NCBI GenBank assembly: GCA_963780225.1
Contig: CAWAAX010000017.1
Span: forward strand, 1-38,664
Direction of reading: 5' to 3'
From: an uncultured bacterium
Lineage (GTDB): Bacteria > Edwardsbacteria > AC1 > EtOH8
DNA: 38,664 nucleotides
Below the pieces are notes generated by a model. The model had not been told where the DNA came from. It worked only from the letters and a program-made list of their open reading frames with translations, and made no database searches. This document shows positions 1-8,598 of the stretch, piece after piece (position 1 is the stretch's first letter; each line of letters starts with the position of its first letter). A program made the position numbers and the translations under genes.

Positions 1-60
1 TTAATGTCAGCTTACTGTTCATTTCCCCCTTCCCTCATGGGGAAGGGGGATTAAAAGGGG

Positions 61-1704
61 TTAGGTCCCCGCCATCATCTTCTTCACATCCTCCTCCACC
101 CCCGCGGTCGGCTGGACATTGAACTTCTCCACCAGCACCTTCAGCACATTGGGCGACACGAAGGCCGGCAGGGTCGGCCCCAGGTGGATGTTCTTCACGC
201 CCAGATACAGCAGGGCCAGCAGCACCAGCACCGCCTTCTGCTCGTACCAGGCGATGTCGAAGCTCAGCGGCAATTCATTCACGTCCTTAAGACCAAATGC
301 ATCTTTCAGGGCCAATGCGATCAGCACTAGAGAGTAGCTGTCGTTGCACTGCCCGGCATCTAAGACCCTTGGGATCCCGCCAATGTCACCGAGATTTAGT
401 TTATTATAGCGGTACTTGGCGCAGCCGGCGGTCAGAATGACCGCGTCCTTGGGCAGGGCCTTGGCTATGTCGGTGAAATATTCCCGGGACTTGTGACGGC
501 CGTCGCAACCGGCCATCACCACAAAACGCTTGATGGCGCCGCTTTTCACGGCTTCGATGACCTTGGGGGCCAGGGCCAGCACCTGGTTATGGGCAAAGCC
601 TATGGTCAAATTACCGTCCTCCAATTTCTCCGGAACTTTTGACTTTTGGGCCATGGCGATGATCCCGGAGAAATCCTTCTGTTTCCCCTCTTTGCGATCG
701 GCGATATGTTTGACGCCCGGGAAGCCCACCACCCCGGTGGTGAATACCCGATCCTTATAACTGTCCTTGGGCGGGACCAGGCAGTTGGTGGTCATCAGCA
801 CCGGGCCGTTGAACTTTTCGAACTCCTCGGTCTGGTGCCACCAGGAGCCGCCGTAGTTGCCGTGGAAATTGGTATATTTCTTGAAGAACGGATACGCGTT
901 GGCCGGCAGCATCTCGCCGTGAGTGTAAACGTCCACTCCTTTGCCCTTGGTCTGCTCCAGCAGTTCCTCCAAATCCCTCAGGTCGTGCCCGCTGATCAGG
1001 ATGCCGGGATTCTGGCCGACATCCAATTTGACCTTGGTTATTTCCGGATGTCCGTATTTTCCGGTATTGGCCTTATCCAAGAGGGCCATGGCCTTGACCC
1101 CGTACTCGCCGCACTTTAAGACCAGGCCGGTCAGCTCGTCGGCCGAAAGGCTGTCATCCAGCGTGGCGGCCAGGGCCTGCTGCATGAAAAGCAGGATATC
1201 GTTGTCTTTGGCATCCAGCACATAGGCGTGATGGGCATAGGCCGCCAGCCCCTTTAGCCCGAACAGCAGCAGGGATCGCAGGGAACGCACATCCTCGTTG
1301 ACCGTGGCCAGGATCCCCACCCCGGCGCTCTTGAGCAGATACTCGTTAAGGCCGCTTTTACCGGACCAGGTGGCGGCATCGGGAAGCGCCTCTCCCGTTT
1401 TGGCTGACGTTTTAAGCAGATCGCGGATTTCCCTGGCCCGGTCTATCTGCTTGACGAAATATTCCGGATCAAAATTGACGTTGGTGATGGTGGCGAACAG
1501 CTGCTCCATCACAAATTCCGAGGCTTGGGGATCGCATTTCCCGGTCTCCTTGGCCTTGACGTTGAGATATGAGATGCCCTTGAGGGTGTGGATCAGCAGA
1601 TCTTGCAGCACCGCCACCTGATCGGGCTTGCCGCAGACGCCCCTGGCCCCGGCGCAGCCCTTGTTGCCGGCGGTCTCCTGGCATTGATGACAGAACATGG
1701 TCAT
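61..1704 (-). CDS. hcp: hybrid cluster protein (hydroxylamine/NO reductase)
   Basis: N-terminal MFCHQCQET...GC...GVCGK cluster motif, [35 protein letters not shown]; start moved to ATG 1704 behind AGAAGGAG RBS. Confidence 0.97.
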   Translation of the reverse strand: MTMFCHQCQETAGNKGCAGARGVCGKPDQVAVLQDLLIHTLKGISYLNVKAKETGKCDPQASEFVMEQLFATITNVNFDPEYFVKQIDRAREIRDLLKTSAKTGEALPDAATWSGKSGLNEYLLKSAGVGILATVNEDVRSLRSLLLFGLKGLAAYAHHAYVLDAKDNDILLFMQQALAATLDDSLSADELTGLVLKCGEYGVKAMALLDKANTGKYGHPEITKVKLDVGQNPGILISGHDLRDLEELLEQTKGKGVDVYTHGEMLPANAYPFFKKYTNFHGNYGGSWWHQTEEFEKFNGPVLMTTNCLVPPKDSYKDRVFTTGVVGFPGVKHIADRKEGKQKDFSGIIAMAQKSKVPEKLEDGNLTIGFAHNQVLALAPKVIEAVKSGAIKRFVVMAGCDGRHKSREYFTDIAKALPKDAVILTAGCAKYRYNKLNLGDIGGIPRVLDAGQCNDSYSLVLIALALKDAFGLKDVNELPLSFDIAWYEQKAVLVLLALLYLGVKNIHLGPTLPAFVSPNVLKVLVEKFNVQPTAGVEEDVKKMMAGT

Positions 1705-1815
1705 TTTATCTCCTTCTAATTTTGGCATTTCGCGTTTCTCGTTCCTGTACGCTTATGCCCCGCCGGATACTGAGCGATGTCGAAGTATGGCGGGGCTTAA
1801 ATCTTGGCAATGAAG

Positions 1816-2133
1816 TCACTGCCTTTCCGGGTTGGGCGTCTTTATCACCAGAAAACTCAAGTCCTCCGGTCTCTGATTGGTGATGTGCATCGGCGTTCCC
1901 CGCGTAACTGCCGCCAGCTGGCCGTACTTCATGACGTGGTCTTTTTCCTCAAAGTTGAAAACGCCTTCGCCCTGAAGAACTATCAGATAGACCATGTCGG
2001 CGTTGGCCAGATGCTTCGGCACTTCCTGGCCCTGCTTAAGGTGAAGATAGTTGACCAGCGCCTGGGGCTGGTTGAAAACGCCCTTGCGGGCCTTTTCTGT
2101 GGTATTGAAGTCCAAGGTTTCAATGGTTATCAT
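1816..2133 (-). CDS. cupin domain protein
   Basis: LKQGQEVPKH...YLIVLQGEG...TPMHITN cupin pattern; GGAGGT RBS before ATG 2133. Confidence 0.8.
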   Translation of the reverse strand: MITIETLDFNTTEKARKGVFNQPQALVNYLHLKQGQEVPKHLANADMVYLIVLQGEGVFNFEEKDHVMKYGQLAAVTRGTPMHITNQRPEDLSFLVIKTPNPERQ

Positions 2134-2223
2134 GGGCACCTCCATATATAGCCACTAAGACACCAAGACACTAAATCGCAATAATTATTCTTTACTCTGT
2201 GCCTCTGTGTCTCTGTGGCATAG

Positions 2224-2385
2224 TTAATCTACCGGTTCAAAGTTACTTTTGTCCACCTGGCAGATCGGGCAGACCCAGTCGTCCGGGATCTTCTCGAACG
2301 GAGTGCCCGGGGCAATGCCGGAATCGGGGTCGCCTGCGGCTGGGTCGTAGATGTAATCGCAGATAGTGCAGCGGTACTTTTTCAT
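2224..2385 (-). CDS. rubredoxin
   Basis: [15 protein letters not shown]...[10 protein letters not shown]; two CxxC motifs. Confidence 0.97.
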   Translation of the reverse strand: MKKYRCTICDYIYDPAAGDPDSGIAPGTPFEKIPDDWVCPICQVDKSNFEPVD

Positions 2386-2478
2386 GGTTTTTCCTTTCTG
2401 GTTGAGGCAATTCATCCGACTACGCCACCTTTCGCAGCTACGTCGGACGAGCGATTTGCCCTTACTATTTGGTTGAGG

Positions 2479-3171
2479 TTATAATCTTTCGCCCTTTACC
2501 GTGATGGTCTCCACAGTTATAGACATTCTCTTCCCCGAGTTCTTCAAAGCCTGGCGCACCAGCCGCAACAGTCCCTGGCAGCAGGGTACCTCCATGATGG
2601 CCACGGTGACCGACCGGATATCGTTCTGCCGGAATATCCCGGTCAGTTTTTCCAGGTAAGGCTCGGTCTTGTCCAGCTTGGGGCAGGCGATGATCAGCGA
2701 CTTGCCGGCCAGCATCACATTGTGGAAATCACCATAGGAGAAAGGCACGCAGGAGGCGGCGATCAGCAGGTCGGCATTTTGAAAGAACAGGGCGGTGACC
2801 GGCACCAGGTGCAGCTGGATGGGCCAGTGGGATAGTTGAGAGTTTACAGTTGTAACGTTTGAAGTTGCCGGTGACGGCTGCAGCTGCCGGATCTGCGATC
2901 CGGGGCAGGCCTGTCGGGGCAATTCATGAATTGCCCTTACTGGTTTTGCCCTTACTGCGTCTTCTTCATACTCTGTCGCTTCCCGCTCGATTATCTTGAT
3001 GGCATCCTGGGGGCAATGACCCAGACAGGCTCCCAGCCCGTCGCAGTATTTATCGCTGACCAGCCGGGCCTTGCCATCAACGATCTTCAGCGCACCCTCC
3101 ACACAGTTGGGGATGCATTCTCCGCAGCCGTTGCATTTTTCCTGGTCTATCTGTACTATCTTGCGTTTCAT
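2479..3171 (-). CDS. 4Fe-4S dicluster (ferredoxin-like) protein
   Basis: CNGCGECIPNC and CDGLGACLGHCP plus C-terminal IACPKLD and MEVPCC; family often found next to hcp. Confidence 0.9.
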   Translation of the reverse strand: MKRKIVQIDQEKCNGCGECIPNCVEGALKIVDGKARLVSDKYCDGLGACLGHCPQDAIKIIEREATEYEEDAVRAKPVRAIHELPRQACPGSQIRQLQPSPATSNVTTVNSQLSHWPIQLHLVPVTALFFQNADLLIAASCVPFSYGDFHNVMLAGKSLIIACPKLDKTEPYLEKLTGIFRQNDIRSVTVAIMEVPCCQGLLRLVRQALKNSGKRMSITVETITVKGERL

Positions 3172-3228
3172 GATATCCTTTAACCTCTCCCTCTTTCCCT
3201 CCCCTCGAGGGGAGGGATGGGGTGGGGT

Positions 3229-3618
3229 TCAAACAAAGGTTGACAGTTTGGCCGAATTCAGCCGGTTGTCCAAATCTTTCTGCAGTTTGGTCAGGGCCGG
3301 GTATATCGGGCAGACATGATGTTTGCAGCGGCCCTCGTTCAGGCAAGCGCTGACAGATAAGATCCCGTCCACCGCCGCGAAGATCTGTTTAACCAGTATC
3401 TTTTGGGCCGGACGGCCCAGGAACAGCCCCCCGTTCTTCCCCTTACGGGACCTTACCAGCCCCGCCCCCGAAAGTTGCTGGGCGATCTTGGACATGAAGG
3501 CCGGAGTGGTTTTTAAGGCCAAAGCCAGGGCCGAGGCAGGCAGAAGTTCTCCCTCTTTTTGGCGGGCCAGCAGGATCATGGCCTGCAGGGCGTATTCGTT
3601 GCGCTTGGTCAGAAGCAT
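3229..3618 (-). CDS. Rrf2 family transcriptional regulator, probably Fe-S binding
   Basis: MLLTKRNEYALQAM, wHTH with SRKGKNGG, three C-terminal Cys (CLNEGRCKHHVC). Confidence 0.93.
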   Translation of the reverse strand: MLLTKRNEYALQAMILLARQKEGELLPASALALALKTTPAFMSKIAQQLSGAGLVRSRKGKNGGLFLGRPAQKILVKQIFAAVDGILSVSACLNEGRCKHHVCPIYPALTKLQKDLDNRLNSAKLSTFV

Positions 3619-3633
3619 AAAATCCTTTTATTT

Positions 3634-3656
3634 AATAAGACTTTATTAGTCCTATT
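3634..3656. promoter_or_regulatory. putative Rrf2 operator
   Basis: Imperfect palindrome AATAAGACT-N5-AGTCCTATT overlapping the -10 and start region. Confidence 0.6.
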
Positions 3657-3682
3657 ATATATAAAACGACCGGATTTGTCAA
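3654..3682 (-). promoter_or_regulatory. sigma70 promoter of rrf2-hcp operon
   Basis: Perfect TTGACA-N17-TATAAT on the - strand. Confidence 0.85.
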
Positions 3683-3789
3683 TAGGCGATTTAATTATTT
3701 TTGGCCCTTGTATTTGGGGCCGTCCTGGCCCTATAATTGGAGGGCAGCAACCCGGAGAATAAACCAAACGCTTTTTAAGGATCATTGCA

Positions 3790-4209
3790 ATGAAATCCTA
3801 CCGCCAGGAACTCTGGTTCAATCTGCCGGATCGCCGGGGCTTCGTCAACATCACGCCCCAGGTGGAGAAATGTTTAAAAGACAGCGGCATTCAAGAAGGC
3901 CTGTGCCTGGTCAATGCCATGCACATCACCGCCAGCATCTTCATCAACGATGACGAGGGAGGCCTGCACCAGGACTACGAGAAATGGCTGGAAAAACTGG
4001 CCCCGCACGAGCCGGTCTCGCAGTACCTGCACAACCGGACTGGCGAGGACAACGGCGACGCCCACCTCAAGCGCCAGGTGATGGGCCGGGAGATCGTGGC
4101 GGCGGTGACCAAGGGGAAGCTGGACTTCGGGCCGTGGGAGCAGATCTTCTACGGCGAGTTCGACGGGAGGAGAAAGAAGCGGGTGCTGGTGAAGATAATA
4201 GGGGAATGA
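3790..4209 (+). CDS. yjbQ: YjbQ/UPF0047 family protein
   Basis: [35 protein letters not shown]. Confidence 0.93.
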   Translation: MKSYRQELWFNLPDRRGFVNITPQVEKCLKDSGIQEGLCLVNAMHITASIFINDDEGGLHQDYEKWLEKLAPHEPVSQYLHNRTGEDNGDAHLKRQVMGREIVAAVTKGKLDFGPWEQIFYGEFDGRRKKRVLVKIIGE

Positions 4210-4266
4210 TCCGTTTGACAAAATTAGATAACGGGGAAATCATTAACAGCAAAGGGAGACCTAATT

Positions 4267-5706
4267 ATGGTAAAATGTAATTCCTTGCTTACTGGACTTC
4301 TTTCTGCCCTGTTGTTCTGTTTGCCGGCTTATTCGGCTGAAAATTGGCAACGGACATACGGTGGCGCAAACACCGACTATGGCTGGTCGGTTCAGCCGAC
4401 CCCGGATAGCGGTTACATTGTGGCTGGAGCTACAAAATCCTTTGGTGCTGGTGGATACGATTACTATCTTTTAAAACTGGATTCAGCCGGGGATACTTTA
4501 TGGACGAAAACCTATGGTGGTACCAGCGCTGATCTGGCCTATTCCGTAGATATTACGGACGATGGAGGGTATGTCGTGGCTGGCTGGACGACGTCATTTG
4601 GTGCAACCAGTGGGGCAATTTATATCGTTAAGACCAACGCCGTAGGCGATACCCAATGGACAAGAAAGTATACCAATAATTATGCCGGTTATCCGCCAAT
4701 TCAGGGGTGGACGATATTTCAGACAATGGATAAAGGGTACTTCATTTCTAGTGCAAGCAGCGGATTGGATTTCTTGGTAATTAAAACCGATTCTTTGGGC
4801 GACTCTCTTTGGAGCAAAACATATGGTACAGTTGCTAATACCGAAAGGTCATTGGCATCTCAATCAACTTTAGATGAAGGGTATATTATCGGAGGATATC
4901 AACGCCCCTATGTCAACAACGAGGCACCATATTTAGTAAAAATTAATGCAATGGGAGATACTATCTGGACCAAACTTTACCGCTGGCCTATAAACGACGA
5001 TTGTTCATCTATCAGGCAAACCGCAGACAGCGGATATCTTATAGCGGGAGCCACCACCAGTTTTGGTGCCGGGATGTGTGATGGTTATATGATGAAGCTC
5101 GACGCCAAAGGCGATTCAATATGGATGAAAACTTACGGAGGACCCAGTGATGATTGGCCGGCCTACGTTCAGCTGGCCCCGGATGGAGGATATATTCTGG
5201 CCGGAGGTACGGTATCTTATGCGGTCGGGGGTGTTGATATTTATTTGATCAAAACTGACTCTATGGGAGATACAACCTGGACAAGGACTTTCGGAGGAGA
5301 ATTGGATGAAGATTGCAGTTCGGTGCAGCCTACGCCAGATGGCGGGTATGTAATTGCCGGACTAACTACTACCTGGGGTGCGGGGGGAATGGATGTTTTC
5401 ATCGTTAAAACCGATGCCGCTGGACTGGTCGGAGTTGCGGAAGACCCTCTGGTAAAATATTCTTTGCCGGATACAAAAATTACCGCCTGGCCAAACCCAT
5501 TCACAAAATACACTTCAATTCCGGGATGTGAAAAAGAACTATTTGCCATTTATGATGTATTGGGCAGACTGGTAGGGACCTGCCAGGGAAACCAGGTGGG
5601 AAAAGAGCTTACGGCTGGCGTTTATTTCATTTCAAGCTTGCCGGGGCAGAGTGGTTCCCGAATTCGTGGTCCCAAATCAGGCAAAATAATAAAATTATCA
5701 AAATAG
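4267..5706 (+). CDS. secreted beta-propeller repeat protein with T9SS/Por-like C-terminal sorting domain
   Basis: Signal peptide, repeated GDTxWTKTYGG/DGGYIxAG units, C-terminal WPNPF...IYDVLGRLV...AGVYFI; more AT-rich than flanks. Confidence 0.8.
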   Translation: MVKCNSLLTGLLSALLFCLPAYSAENWQRTYGGANTDYGWSVQPTPDSGYIVAGATKSFGAGGYDYYLLKLDSAGDTLWTKTYGGTSADLAYSVDITDDGGYVVAGWTTSFGATSGAIYIVKTNAVGDTQWTRKYTNNYAGYPPIQGWTIFQTMDKGYFISSASSGLDFLVIKTDSLGDSLWSKTYGTVANTERSLASQSTLDEGYIIGGYQRPYVNNEAPYLVKINAMGDTIWTKLYRWPINDDCSSIRQTADSGYLIAGATTSFGAGMCDGYMMKLDAKGDSIWMKTYGGPSDDWPAYVQLAPDGGYILAGGTVSYAVGGVDIYLIKTDSMGDTTWTRTFGGELDEDCSSVQPTPDGGYVIAGLTTTWGAGGMDVFIVKTDAAGLVGVAEDPLVKYSLPDTKITAWPNPFTKYTSIPGCEKELFAIYDVLGRLVGTCQGNQVGKELTAGVYFISSLPGQSGSRIRGPKSGKIIKLSK

Positions 5707-5753
5707 GAAAGAATATAGCTCGGCGTGCGGCATTTAAAATCCCGATGAAGCCG

Positions 5754-5815
5754 TTCTACGGTAAGTTCACTGGAGGAGAAAGAATCGGGTGCTGGTGAAG
5801 ATAATCGGGGAGTGA
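5754..5815 (+). repeat. degenerate direct copy of the yjbQ 3' end (4147-4209)
   Basis: 56/63 identical by manual alignment, one 1-nt deletion. Confidence 0.9.
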
Positions 5816-5817
5816 GA

Positions 5818-6142
5818 GGTGTCTTCGGTACAACCGCCTTCGGCGGTCACTCAGACACCTCCAAAGTTTCAAACGGGGGCTGAGTAGGCGTAAGCCCGTA
5901 TCGAAACCCCACCTTCGATAATCCCTCCAACACCAAAACAAAAAGCGGTCGAGGGCTGAGTAGGGCGAAAGCCCGTATCAAAGCCCCACCTCAGATAATC
6001 ACCCCAACCCCAAAACAAAAAGCTGTCGGGGGCTGAGTAGGGCGAAAGCCCGTATCAAAGCCCCACCTCAGATAATCACTCCAACCCCAAAACAAAAAGC
6101 TGTCGGGGGCTGAGTAGGGTGTAAGTCCGTATCGAAGCCCCC
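5818..6142 (+). repeat. left 325-bp block: inverted leader hairpin plus 4 x ~77-bp hairpin units
   Basis: Core GGGGCTGAGTAGGGCGAAAGCCCGTATCGAAGCCCC with TGAG at 5881, 5957, 6034, 6111. Confidence 0.95.
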
Positions 6143-6164
6143 GGTTACCAACCAAAGAATCCCA

Positions 6165-6455
6165 ATGCCTTACACGTATATTTTAAAATGCGCCGATGGC
6201 AGCTATTATACGGGCAGTACCGTCTCTTTGGAAAAGCGCCTAAAGGAACACCAGGACGGCCTGGGTGCAAACCATACTAAGAAACGTTTGCCGGTCACAT
6301 TGGTGTACTATGAGGAATACCATTGGGTGGCTACCGCCTTTTACCGGGAGAAACAAATTCAGGGTTGGACCAGGGCAAAGAAAGATGCGTTGATTAAAGG
6401 AACTATTGAAGATTTGCCCAAATTAGCAAAAAAGATATTCAGAAAGAAGTATTAA
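6165..6455 (+). CDS. stand-alone GIY-YIG nuclease (UPF0213/YhbQ-like)
   Basis: YTYILKCADGSYYTGST...RLKEH...LVYYE...REKQIQGW. Confidence 0.93.
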   Translation: MPYTYILKCADGSYYTGSTVSLEKRLKEHQDGLGANHTKKRLPVTLVYYEEYHWVATAFYREKQIQGWTRAKKDALIKGTIEDLPKLAKKIFRKKY

Positions 6456-6490
6456 GCAGGTGGCTTTGATAGCCCGCCGGGTGCAAGACC

Positions 6491-6815
6491 GGTGTCTTCG
6501 GTACAACCGCCTTCGGCGGTCACTCAGACACCTCAAAAGTTTCAAACGGGGCTGATTGGGACGAAAGCCTTTATCGAAGCCCAACCTTCGATAATCACCG
6601 CAACACCAATACAATAAGCCGTCGGGGGCTGAGTAGGGCGAAAGCCCGTACCGAAGACCCACCTCAGATGATCACTCCAACCCCAAAACAAAAAGCGGTC
6701 GGGGGCTGAGTGGGCGTAAAGCCCGTATCGAAGACCCACCTCAGAGGATCCCTCCAACACTAAAACAAAAAACCGTCGGGGGCTGAGTAGGGCGTAAGCC
6801 CGTATCGAAGCCCCC
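6491..6815 (+). repeat. right 325-bp block, direct repeat of 5818-6142 (offset 673)
   Basis: Same leader; units with TGA(G/T) at 6553, 6630, 6707, 6784. Confidence 0.95.
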
Positions 6816-6823
6816 GTCAAAAG

Positions 6824-6857
6824 AAAAGAGGCAGGTTCTGCGAACCTGCCTCTTTTT
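6824..6857. terminator. bidirectional intrinsic terminator
   Basis: AAAAGAGGCAGGTTC-TGC-GAACCTGCCTCTTTT between convergent genes. Confidence 0.85.
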
Positions 6858-6870
6858 CATTCTGCTTTTT

Positions 6871-7608
6871 TTATTCCAGCTTCCTCACCTCGCCCGACCC
6901 GGTGATGCTATTGCTGATCTTGGCCGGGTTCCCCTTGTAAGCCACCTCTCCGCTGCCGGCGATGCTGATCTCCAGTTCCAGGGAGGCGTTCACCTGGCAG
7001 TCGCCCGAGCCGGCGATGGAGACATGGCATTTTTCCGAGATCAGCTCCAAGGCCTTGATGTCCCCCGAGCCGGCGATGGCAGCGCTGAATGACTGGGCCT
7101 TGCCGGTAAGTTTGACATCTCCCGCTCCGGAGATGGCGGTTTCCAGTACTTTGGTTTCCAGCTCCAAGCTGATGTCACCAGCCCCGGAGATCGAAAGTTC
7201 CATGGTATCACTGACAAATCTTCCCTTGCCAGTGACATCGGCCGAACCGTCTATGTCAATGGCTTTCAAGTCCTTGACCGTGACATAGACCTTGACATCT
7301 TTCCGGCTATGATGACAGCCGCCGAACCAGCCGTGGTCCTTGGTGTCCACTTTCAAAGTTCCGTTCTTGACCTCGGTGGTCACCTTGGCCAGCAGTTTGG
7401 TCTCGGCCTCTATCTTGACCGAGCAGGTTTGGCCCTGTTCCACGAACACGGTATAAGCCCCGTCGAAATGCAGTTTGCTGAAGTCCCCGGTGTTCCTGAC
7501 CTGGACCTCCGGCGCGGCCGCGCGGGCCAAGGCGGTCCATAAAAATACCAAGATGGTGACCATATACGGCATTTGGCTGATCCTGGCTTTGAACGATGAA
7601 AAATCCAT
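6871..7608 (-). CDS. DUF2807 (head GIN domain) putative adhesin-like protein
   Basis: Repeated ISGAGD/IAGSGD units, C-terminal GEVAYKGNP...GSGEV; GAGGGG RBS before ATG 7608. Confidence 0.88.
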   Translation of the reverse strand: MDFSSFKARISQMPYMVTILVFLWTALARAAAPEVQVRNTGDFSKLHFDGAYTVFVEQGQTCSVKIEAETKLLAKVTTEVKNGTLKVDTKDHGWFGGCHHSRKDVKVYVTVKDLKAIDIDGSADVTGKGRFVSDTMELSISGAGDISLELETKVLETAISGAGDVKLTGKAQSFSAAIAGSGDIKALELISEKCHVSIAGSGDCQVNASLELEISIAGSGEVAYKGNPAKISNSITGSGEVRKLE

Positions 7609-7652
7609 GTTTTTCCCCTCTTTTGGCGGTTTTTTGCTGTGTTTAGATTGAA

Positions 7653-7679
7653 TACGCAGGGGCGCAGCCTTTTGTTTCA
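7653..7679 (-). promoter_or_regulatory. putative ECF-sigma promoter of DUF2807 gene
   Basis: TGAAAC-N17-CGTA, resembling SigW/SigM-type consensus. Confidence 0.5.
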
Positions 7680-7686
7680 AATTTTC

Positions 7687-7715
7687 TTGACAATTGAATT
7701 TACATATATTAAGAT
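7687..7715 (+). promoter_or_regulatory. sigma70 promoter of SDR gene
   Basis: TTGACA-N17-TAAGAT. Confidence 0.6.
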
Positions 7716-7776
7716 GATTGTGGTATTGGTCCCTATTTATATTCGGCGGCATTAATCAACCCAAAATGGCTCTAAA

Positions 7777-8535
7777 ATGAATTATATCATTATAACCGGT
7801 GCGTCTAAAGGCTTGGGCTATTCCATTGCAACAGGACTGCTCAACAAGAATAATCATTTATTCTGTATCTCGCGCACAAAGAACTTGGACTTAATTAAAG
7901 CGGCTCAATCAAACAATTGCCGATTTGACTATTTTGAATATGACCTGTCAGATATCTCCGGCTTAGATGCCTTGATGCAACAAATTTTTGCCAGCATTAC
8001 GGTCAAAGAAAGTGATGGGCTTTTTCTTGTTAATAATGCCGGAACCGTTACCCCCATCAAACCTGCAGACAAGTGCACCGGCGTCGAAATTGCAAAAAAT
8101 GTCACCATTAATGCAATAGCTCCAATGGTCCTGACCAGCCTTTTTTCAAAACACACCAAAGATTTTAAAGTTGAAAAAAGAGTGATCAATATCTCTTCCG
8201 GTGCCGGTAAAAAACCGTATTCCGGCTGGGCCGCTTATTGCGGCTCCAAAGCGGCTATAGACATCTTTACCAGGTGCGTCAACTTGGAGCAACAGCCCCG
8301 CCAATATCCGGTAAAAATCATATCATTTGCGCCGGGAATAGTGGACACAGATATGCAGCAGGAGCTTCGTTCATCAAACAAGGAAGATTTTGAACAGATT
8401 GAAAGGTTTATCGGCTATAAAAAGGACGGTAAACTTTTAAAACCGGAGTTTGTTGCTGAGAAGGTTATCTCGTTGATCTTCGATAAAGAGTTCCTTGATG
8501 GCGGAGTAGTTGACATTAGCCAATATATAAAATAG
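7777..8535 (+). CDS. short-chain dehydrogenase (benzil/sepiapterin reductase-like)
   Basis: TGASKGLG, NNAG, ISSGAG, YCGSK, PGIVDTDMQ. Confidence 0.9.
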   Translation: MNYIIITGASKGLGYSIATGLLNKNNHLFCISRTKNLDLIKAAQSNNCRFDYFEYDLSDISGLDALMQQIFASITVKESDGLFLVNNAGTVTPIKPADKCTGVEIAKNVTINAIAPMVLTSLFSKHTKDFKVEKRVINISSGAGKKPYSGWAAYCGSKAAIDIFTRCVNLEQQPRQYPVKIISFAPGIVDTDMQQELRSSNKEDFEQIERFIGYKKDGKLLKPEFVAEKVISLIFDKEFLDGGVVDISQYIK

Positions 8536-8598
8536 CATTCCTGCGAAAAATGAAAATGGTTTCAGGGAAAAGTATCCGGCTAAAACAAAGGATTTACA

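Noticed and set aside
5875..6142. Hammerhead ribozyme or TIGR/box C-D array (CTGA...GAAA motifs)
   Set aside because: No CUGAnGA core or three-way junction; GAAA is a tetraloop; no variable dual spacers or Nop-domain gene
5818..6815. CRISPR array (36-nt palindromic repeat plus ~41-nt spacer looks CRISPR-like)
   Set aside because: Linkers are near-identical to each other rather than unique, repeats are degenerate, no cas genes
5756..6820. Minus-strand ORFs of 61, 79 and 92 aa
   Set aside because: Repeat-derived, no RBS or recognisable domain
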